From NCBI GenBank assembly GCA_041649575.1, contig JBAZMW010000001.1:30001-62000 (forward strand): 32,000 bases of DNA, read 5' to 3'. A program made the position numbers and the translations under genes. Each line of letters starts with the position of its first letter. Position 1 is the stretch's first letter. The stretch comes from Patescibacteria group bacterium. Its GTDB lineage: Bacteria; Patescibacteriota; Patescibacteriia; 2-01-FULL-39-33. This document shows positions 26,201-32,000 of the stretch, one piece after another. The notes under the pieces were generated by a model. That model saw only the letters and a program-made list of their open reading frames with translations. It ran no database searches and had not been told where the DNA came from.

Positions 26201-29200
26201 ATGACAGTCAGAAGAAAAAAATTGATTTTAATTATAACAGTCGTCTTGTTTTTGGCTGGAATTTTTTTGTTGAGCAGTAATATTTCTTTTGCCCAGGAAA
26301 CCAACTCCGACTCCAATATTAATGGCAATATCAGTTCGGATTCCGATGTCGAAGCCGACACCAACATTAATGCGGATTACAACCCCAAGCCAGCCGAGAA
26401 TGCCGGCGCACCAGCCAATGACGGCAAGATTGCCGGGTTCATTAATTGGATTTTGTATTACGTGGCTTCGTTTTTTGGCTGGCTGGTGGGGCTGATAGTC
26501 AATGTTTTGGTTAATAAGGTGGTGGTTTTTAATGATTTTTTGAATGTCCGGCTGGTCAAGGAGGGCTGGCGCATTGTGCGCGACATCTGTAATAATTTTT
26601 TTATCGTCATCTTGCTGGTGATCGCCGTGGGCACTATTTTGCGGGTACCCAACTATCAATACAAACAATTGTTGCCAAAACTTTTGATAATGGCGGTGCT
26701 GATTAATTTTTCCAAGATGATTACCGGCGTCCTCATAGATTTTTTTCAGATTATTATGGTGTTTTTCGGCGGAGCCCTGGTAAAAGAAAATGCCGCCGGA
26801 GTGATTTTGGCCAGTGTGGGGTTGTATAAGCTATATTTATTGGGACAAAACCCAGGGGGACAAATTCTTGGGAACGAGAATTTGCAGGATTGGGATATTA
26901 CTATCGCTCTGTTTTTTGCCATTGTAATCTCCATTGTCGCCTGCGTGGCGATAGGAGTGACTATGATCATTCTGGTCTATCGTATTGTAATGTTGTGGAT
27001 TCTGGTGATTTTGTCGCCGGCCGCTTATTTTCTTTCTTCCTTTCCCAAAGGCCAGCAGTATGCCGGCATGTGGTGGAGCCAATTCGCCAGCAACCTGGTA
27101 GTCGGGCCGGTGCTGCTGTTTTTTCTGTATTTGTCCTTTTTCAGCGGTTACCGCGATGTCGGCGGCGTAGAAAACACTCGGGGAGGGACGGTTACTATCC
27201 CTAGTTCTGCTACTACCCCAGAAGAGCTTAAAAAAAGCGCTAAAGAAGCTAGGACTGATACTGGCCAAAAAGGTTATATAACCGGTTCTACAAATTCACT
27301 CATGGCCACGGATCAAGGATTTTTTGATTATTTAATTATTATTGCCCTGATGATTGCCGGTCTGGCCGTAGCGCAAAAAGCCGGCGCCGCCGGCGGACAA
27401 TGGGCGGGCAAGGGCGTGGCCAGTTTGCAAAAATGGGGGAAGAGAGCAGCCAAGCTGCCTTTAGGTGCAGCCAAGTATACAGCCAAGGAGACTGGCCGAA
27501 AAGTCGCTGGAATTCTAAGTTATGAGACAAAAAGTGGCAAACGACTCCCTTTTATTGGTCAATGGGCTGGTGATATAAAAACTAAGATGGAAGATGATAT
27601 TGTAAAACGGCGTACTGCTATAATGAAAAAAATAGGCATGGGGGACAAGACAAAAGAATGGATAGCCGGCAAGAAGGAGGATTTCAAAAAGGCAAGATAC
27701 CAAGTTTCTGGTAGGCTTGTTCAAGCGCCAGTTGGGGCCGCTGTGCATGGCGCCGGTGGAGCTGCTTTGGGAGCTACTATTGGAGGAGTTGCCGGAGGAG
27801 TTATTGGTATAATGACAGCCAATCCTCTATTAGCCTTGGGTGGGGCCAAGGCTGGTGCTTGGATAGGCGGTGCTATGGGAGGATTTGGCGGTATATTAGG
27901 AGGCTTAGGAAAAAAACCTTTACAATTTACGGTTAAGGCTGCTGAATTAGACACGAAGACGGTAAAAAATGCAAAGAGAAAGGCCGATGCCTTGAATGAT
28001 ACCACCGTGCCAGTTGGTGGCACGGATGAAAGTGGTCTAATTGAGGCCAGAAGTTCATGGAAAAATACCGGGGCGTATATTGGAGCTGGCGGTATTTTAT
28101 CTAAGGAAAATAAAAAGATGCTTGATAATATAAATGACGACGGTCTAGCGCATTTATCGCAAGCCATAGATGCTGAAATAGACCCAACTAAGAAAAGTGA
28201 TTTAAAGGAAGCTTTTACCAAAATGTTGGCTGCTTATAAAAAAGGCGGCGGATCTAATCTTAGTACCATACAGTCATTTCTCGGTGGCGGAAGGAATGTT
28301 TTGGGTATAAGCGAAACAGCTCATATGGATCCTTTAATAGCAGCTAATAAGGTAGACGTTGCTTCCCGTCGTACCGGTACCGAGAAGTTCAGAGAACAAC
28401 GCGGTGACTTAAAGGTAGCTCGGTTTAGTCATCTTAAAGATAACACAGAGGCTGGTGTTGATTTCAGGGATTTGTTTGAAGGCAATTCAGAGCTTCTAAG
28501 TCAAATCAAGGCGCAACAACCGGATTTTGACATCAGTCAAAGCGGTATTCATATCGAAGGCAAGGAAATGACGCAAAAAGTCTCACAAGCCATGGCTGTC
28601 TTGATAGACAAAGAATTGGCCAGTCTTTCTCATAACAGCGCTATTGCTTCGACCGGTCAGAAGGAGCAAATAGGCAGAAGAATGGGAACGCTAAGAACGG
28701 CCAGAGAGCAACTAACGTCTGGCAGATTGCAGCAGTTGCAATTATGGAATAGCGGCCTGGAGAATGAGACCGGCGAAGCGGCAACTACCATTTTCCATGA
28801 AAGGATTCATAAAGCAGGTGTTAAGAGCGAAGTTAAGGCCGAGGAAGGGGCGCGGTTTATTAGGGAAAGGCATTTAGCGGGTTTGCACGAAGAGATCGCC
28901 AGGGAAATGGTAGCCATGGAAGGCGAAAGGGGTGGAGATGATTACACTATGGACGAGGTGATGGCCAGAGTCAAAGAAAAGCATGGCACCAAGGATAAAG
29001 TGAAAAGATTAATTGCCAGAGAACAAGAAGCGGGAGTCGCTCCGGGCAAGACTGGCGCTAAAGAGCCCAAGCCAACCAAAACTATTACCGAAGCCCCCGA
29101 GCTGGAAAGAGCAATACAAGAGCTGACCGAGGCTTTAACCAAAACTAGCAGAAGCGAGGCAGGCGGTGTCGGGCCGGGCGGCGCTTTGCAGCCTGATTTG

Positions 29201-29392
29201 CAAAGAGAAGCGGCTGCCAACGCCAATTTTTTCAGGTTGCTGCAAAGCTTGAGAGAAATCGAAAAAGGCGTAGCTGGCTTGGGGGACAAAGAAGCAAAAG
29301 ATGCTGTCGGCGTGGTGGTCGGGCTGGGGTCAGATCCAGTGCCTTTGGACGCCCAAGTGACGGCCGAGACTGTTAAAAATTCTTTAAGTTAA
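26201..29392 (+). CDS. VirB6/TrbL-like polytopic membrane protein with long soluble C-terminal extension
   Basis: Signal MTVRRKKLILIITVVLFLAGIFLLSS; hydrophobic cluster WRIVRDICNNFFIVILLVIAVGTILRVPNYQYKQLLPKLLIMAVLINFSKMITGVLIDFFQI...IALFFAIVISIVACVAIGVTMIILVYRIVMLWILVILSPAAYFLSSFPKGQQYAGMWWSQFASNLVVGPVLLFFLYLSF; adjacent to a PrgI-family gene. Confidence 0.8.
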   Translation: MTVRRKKLILIITVVLFLAGIFLLSSNISFAQETNSDSNINGNISSDSDVEADTNINADYNPKPAENAGAPANDGKIAGFINWILYYVASFFGWLVGLIVNVLVNKVVVFNDFLNVRLVKEGWRIVRDICNNFFIVILLVIAVGTILRVPNYQYKQLLPKLLIMAVLINFSKMITGVLIDFFQIIMVFFGGALVKENAAGVILASVGLYKLYLLGQNPGGQILGNENLQDWDITIALFFAIVISIVACVAIGVTMIILVYRIVMLWILVILSPAAYFLSSFPKGQQYAGMWWSQFASNLVVGPVLLFFLYLSFFSGYRDVGGVENTRGGTVTIPSSATTPEELKKSAKEARTDTGQKGYITGSTNSLMATDQGFFDYLIIIALMIAGLAVAQKAGAAGGQWAGKGVASLQKWGKRAAKLPLGAAKYTAKETGRKVAGILSYETKSGKRLPFIGQWAGDIKTKMEDDIVKRRTAIMKKIGMGDKTKEWIAGKKEDFKKARYQVSGRLVQAPVGAAVHGAGGAALGATIGGVAGGVIGIMTANPLLALGGAKAGAWIGGAMGGFGGILGGLGKKPLQFTVKAAELDTKTVKNAKRKADALNDTTVPVGGTDESGLIEARSSWKNTGAYIGAGGILSKENKKMLDNINDDGLAHLSQAIDAEIDPTKKSDLKEAFTKMLAAYKKGGGSNLSTIQSFLGGGRNVLGISETAHMDPLIAANKVDVASRRTGTEKFREQRGDLKVARFSHLKDNTEAGVDFRDLFEGNSELLSQIKAQQPDFDISQSGIHIEGKEMTQKVSQAMAVLIDKELASLSHNSAIASTGQKEQIGRRMGTLRTAREQLTSGRLQQLQLWNSGLENETGEAATTIFHERIHKAGVKSEVKAEEGARFIRERHLAGLHEEIAREMVAMEGERGGDDYTMDEVMARVKEKHGTKDKVKRLIAREQEAGVAPGKTGAKEPKPTKTITEAPELERAIQELTEALTKTSRSEAGGVGPGGALQPDLQREAAANANFFRLLQSLREIEKGVAGLGDKEAKDAVGVVVGLGSDPVPLDAQVTAETVKNSLS

Positions 29393-29395
29393 ATT

Positions 29396-30331
29396 ATGGC
29401 TAATAATTACATTGCCGAATGTTTGACAAAATTTAGAGCCCTGCCTCGAGAAATCCAGGAGGCGGTGGGCGGTTTTGAGGCCTTGAAAACCATTCAGGGC
29501 CTGGAAGAGACCCATAGAATCAAGCTGGGGCTGATGGTCATTTTAGTGGCGATTGGCGAATTAAAAATGGAGGAAATAGAGGATTATCTGATGGAAAAGT
29601 ATAATTTTGGAAAATGGGAAGCGCAGGAGATCAATGAGATTTTACAGCAAAGCATTTTTGAACCGGCTCTTGAAGTTGCTTTGGCAACAATGCCTTTAGC
29701 CGGCCAGTCTGGACGAGATTTAAGTTTGCCCGAGCAGAAGAAAATTTTGACTGATTTATTCAGAGAAAGACTAAAAGAGGTCTTAACCGGCGATGGTGAG
29801 CTGGTTCAAGAAGTAAACGATATGATTTTTGATATTTTGGGTCGGGAAATGGGCGACGAGAATAAAATGTTTGAAAAAGATTTGGAAAAAATTCTCTATC
29901 TCAACCAAGAAAAATTGACCAGTCAGAGCATTAATATCGACGGCCGGCCTCTCGAGCCCACGGTGGCTAATTGGCTTAGGGATTTTATTAATAGAAACGG
30001 CACTGCATTTTTTTCCAACCTGGTTTTGTCGCAATATCTGGCCAACTCGGAAAACGGCAACCGTTTGAATCAAGGAGAAAAGATGCTTCTGGGCAAATTG
30101 TTGGTTTTGTATCGCAATTTAAAATTTTTTCCAGACAACCTGACTAATTTGCCCCGAAACCAATGGGAGATCATTCCCATTAGCCGCCATAAGTCCGAGC
30201 CAATAGCTTCGGCTGGCGCTGCCGCTGGCGGCAGCAGAGCTGTGCCCCAAGAAGAGCCCTCTCCGGCTTGGCAGGGGCTGTCGGCGATAGAAAAGAAAGC
30301 TTTAATGGAAGAGGAAAGTTCCAGAAAATAG
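29396..30331 (+). CDS. Hypothetical protein of T4SS-like locus (paralogous N-terminal helical domain)
   Basis: Uninterrupted 311-aa ORF, 3-bp gap after the VirB6-like gene; N-terminus resembles that of the next ORF. Confidence 0.85.
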   Translation: MANNYIAECLTKFRALPREIQEAVGGFEALKTIQGLEETHRIKLGLMVILVAIGELKMEEIEDYLMEKYNFGKWEAQEINEILQQSIFEPALEVALATMPLAGQSGRDLSLPEQKKILTDLFRERLKEVLTGDGELVQEVNDMIFDILGREMGDENKMFEKDLEKILYLNQEKLTSQSINIDGRPLEPTVANWLRDFINRNGTAFFSNLVLSQYLANSENGNRLNQGEKMLLGKLLVLYRNLKFFPDNLTNLPRNQWEIIPISRHKSEPIASAGAAAGGSRAVPQEEPSPAWQGLSAIEKKALMEEESSRK

Positions 30332-30359
30332 CCAAAAGAATCGGAGAAATAAAAATTTT

Positions 30360-31829
30360 ATGGATTCTAGTTTACAAAAATTCAATCAGTTGCCGGTTTT
30401 CGTCAAAGAAAAATTGTCAGCGCTAGCCGTTTTGAAGGCGGTGGAAGAATTGGAAAAAAAATACCGGATAAAACTGGCTTTATCGCTTATAAAAATGGCG
30501 GTGGGCGATTTGACCATAGCCGATTTTAGCAGTTATTTGACTAATGTTTCAAAACTAGAGGCCGGTTCGGTCAGAGAAATTAGCCAAAAATTCAAAGAAT
30601 TTTTGGCTGAAGCGGGGTTAAGAGTCAGCGAAGTTGAAAGGGAAGCCGCTCTTGGCCGGCCAGCCAGGGAAGCAGTGTTTGCTTTTTCCACTGAGGACGA
30701 ACATGAGGTTGATAATTTCAGACAATTGGCCGATAGCGGAGAAAAAATTCACGATCATGATTATTTGGCCGGCGTAGTTATATCGCGGTTTGGCTTTTTG
30801 GAAACCGATGAAGTCATAAAAAAAAGATTGCATAATATCGTGACAGCCCGGTTAAGAGATATAAGAGACGATTTGGAAACCCTGGAGAGTCTGCAAAAAA
30901 GTCGTAAAATCGGAGGTTTGGGTTTTACCGAGGAACAGAGCCGTCGCCTGCTGGGCTTGATAAAAAATGGCATAAGTGGCCAATGGCCGAAAAATTCGCC
31001 AAACGTCAAAGAGCCGGAGACTTCGGGGCGTGAACCCAGTGCTTCAGTGGCGGCTTCGTCAAAAGCGGAATTAGAAAAAAAAGTTTTGACTTTGCAAGAA
31101 AAGAAAAAGCAGGAAGAGACTTCGGTCGGTGCCGGAGACTATCCGAAGGTCAGAGATTCTTTGGCCGCCAAAGCGCTGGATTTATTGACGGATAAACGGC
31201 CAATCTCTCAAAGAGGGGGCAGGCCGCGAATTGAAGAAGAAGACGGATTGCCGGTGGTAGTTTTGCCGGAGGAAGAGGAATTAATGATTAAGCCGCTAGT
31301 GATTGATTTACAAAAAAAACCTCGAGGCAAGGTAGAAATTAAAGAGCCGCAGTTACCGCCAAAAGCGTCGGAAAATATCAAAGCTTTCAGACCGCTGGGG
31401 CCTCAACCCAGCCCCTTTGCCAGTCCGCGGCCGGTGGTTAAAAAGGTTTTTAAAACCAGTCTTAGCAGTCGGCCGAATTTGGACGATGTAAAATTTGCTC
31501 CCAAGTTGATGGGGCCGGTAGAAGAGCTGGAGAGCATGACTCTCATTGATTTTCGTCGTTTAGGCCAGGAGCCGAAAGAAATCGCTCGCAAAATCAAAGA
31601 AAAAATCGATTTGCTAGAAAACGAATCTTATAGCAAAAAACTTGAAGGAGTCGAGGCCTGGCAGAAAAACGAGGTCAACAGGTTTTATCGTCTTTTGGGT
31701 CAGGCCAGTCTGGCGGCGGGGCAGGGCATTGAAGAGATAATCAGCGAGCGGCTGGCCAGCGGCAAGCCGACTCTGACTGTCGAGGAATTCGAATCGGTGA
31801 TGGAGCTTAACAAAGATTTGCGTTTCTAA
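30360..31829 (+). CDS. Hypothetical protein of T4SS-like locus (paralogous N-terminal helical domain, charged C-terminal region)
   Basis: Uninterrupted 489-aa ORF with an N-terminal block similar to 29396..30331. Confidence 0.85.
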   Translation: MDSSLQKFNQLPVFVKEKLSALAVLKAVEELEKKYRIKLALSLIKMAVGDLTIADFSSYLTNVSKLEAGSVREISQKFKEFLAEAGLRVSEVEREAALGRPAREAVFAFSTEDEHEVDNFRQLADSGEKIHDHDYLAGVVISRFGFLETDEVIKKRLHNIVTARLRDIRDDLETLESLQKSRKIGGLGFTEEQSRRLLGLIKNGISGQWPKNSPNVKEPETSGREPSASVAASSKAELEKKVLTLQEKKKQEETSVGAGDYPKVRDSLAAKALDLLTDKRPISQRGGRPRIEEEDGLPVVVLPEEEELMIKPLVIDLQKKPRGKVEIKEPQLPPKASENIKAFRPLGPQPSPFASPRPVVKKVFKTSLSSRPNLDDVKFAPKLMGPVEELESMTLIDFRRLGQEPKEIARKIKEKIDLLENESYSKKLEGVEAWQKNEVNRFYRLLGQASLAAGQGIEEIISERLASGKPTLTVEEFESVMELNKDLRF

Positions 31830-31862
31830 TAATTAATTTTTTTGTTAAGATAAGTATAAGCC

Positions 31863-32000
31863 ATGGAACAAATAGTAGTACCACAATTTTTAGACGTCGA
31901 AGACAAGATTATCGGTCCGATAACCGTGCGTCAGTTTATCGAAATGATGATTGGCGGTTTGCTTTGCTTCATCTTTTATAAACTGTTTGATTTTTCACTT
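31863..32000 (+). CDS. PrgI family protein, partial (runs off right edge)
   Basis: ATG 31863 opens MEQIVVPQFLDVEDKIIGPITVRQFIEMMIGGLLCFIFYKLFDFSL, a typical PrgI-family N-terminus usually preceding a VirB4-like ATPase gene in CPR/Gram-positive T4SS loci. Confidence 0.88.
   Translation, partial: MEQIVVPQFLDVEDKIIGPITVRQFIEMMIGGLLCFIFYKLFDFSL

Noticed and set aside
1-32000. Searched for CRISPR arrays, tRNA/rRNA genes, transposases and phage structural genes
   Set aside because: None were recognisable by eye; a tRNAscan-SE/Infernal run would be needed to exclude small RNAs.

Overview
The window looks like a chromosomal segment from a Patescibacteria/CPR-like bacterium. This placement is inferred from gene content and protein style; there is no rRNA here to confirm it. 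Left to right it contains: a partial M14-like aspartoacylase/succinylglutamate desuccinylase gene (minus strand, runs off the left edge); leuS carrying two large insertions, one of which is a complete-looking RBBP9-type alpha/beta serine hydrolase domain; a GC-rich minus-strand two-gene operon encoding a membrane-anchored protein and a probable outer-membrane beta-barrel, which is unexpected in a CPR lineage; a divergent TrmB-like regulator with back-to-back sigma70-like promoters and two tandem dyads; lemA; a TPM-domain gene; small genes including a GIY-YIG protein; a FemAB-family gene with an in-frame 141-bp palindromic repeat element; an MFS transporter; a DUF1624/HGSNAT-like acyltransferase; and rsmA. 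From 13.6 kb to the right edge there is a co-directional block that looks like a CPR-type T4SS-related locus: a calcium-binding-repeat membrane protein, a 3865-aa cysteine-rich secreted giant with CBM-like modules, a 1063-aa VirB6/TrbL-like protein with a glycine-zipper segment and a C-terminal HExxH motif, two genes with paralogous N-termini, and the start of a PrgI-family gene. The strongest candidates for follow-up are the LeuRS-hydrolase fusion, the foreign-looking outer-membrane-protein operon with its regulatory region, the repeat element inserted in coding sequence, and the giant-protein/VirB6 secretion-adhesion locus.
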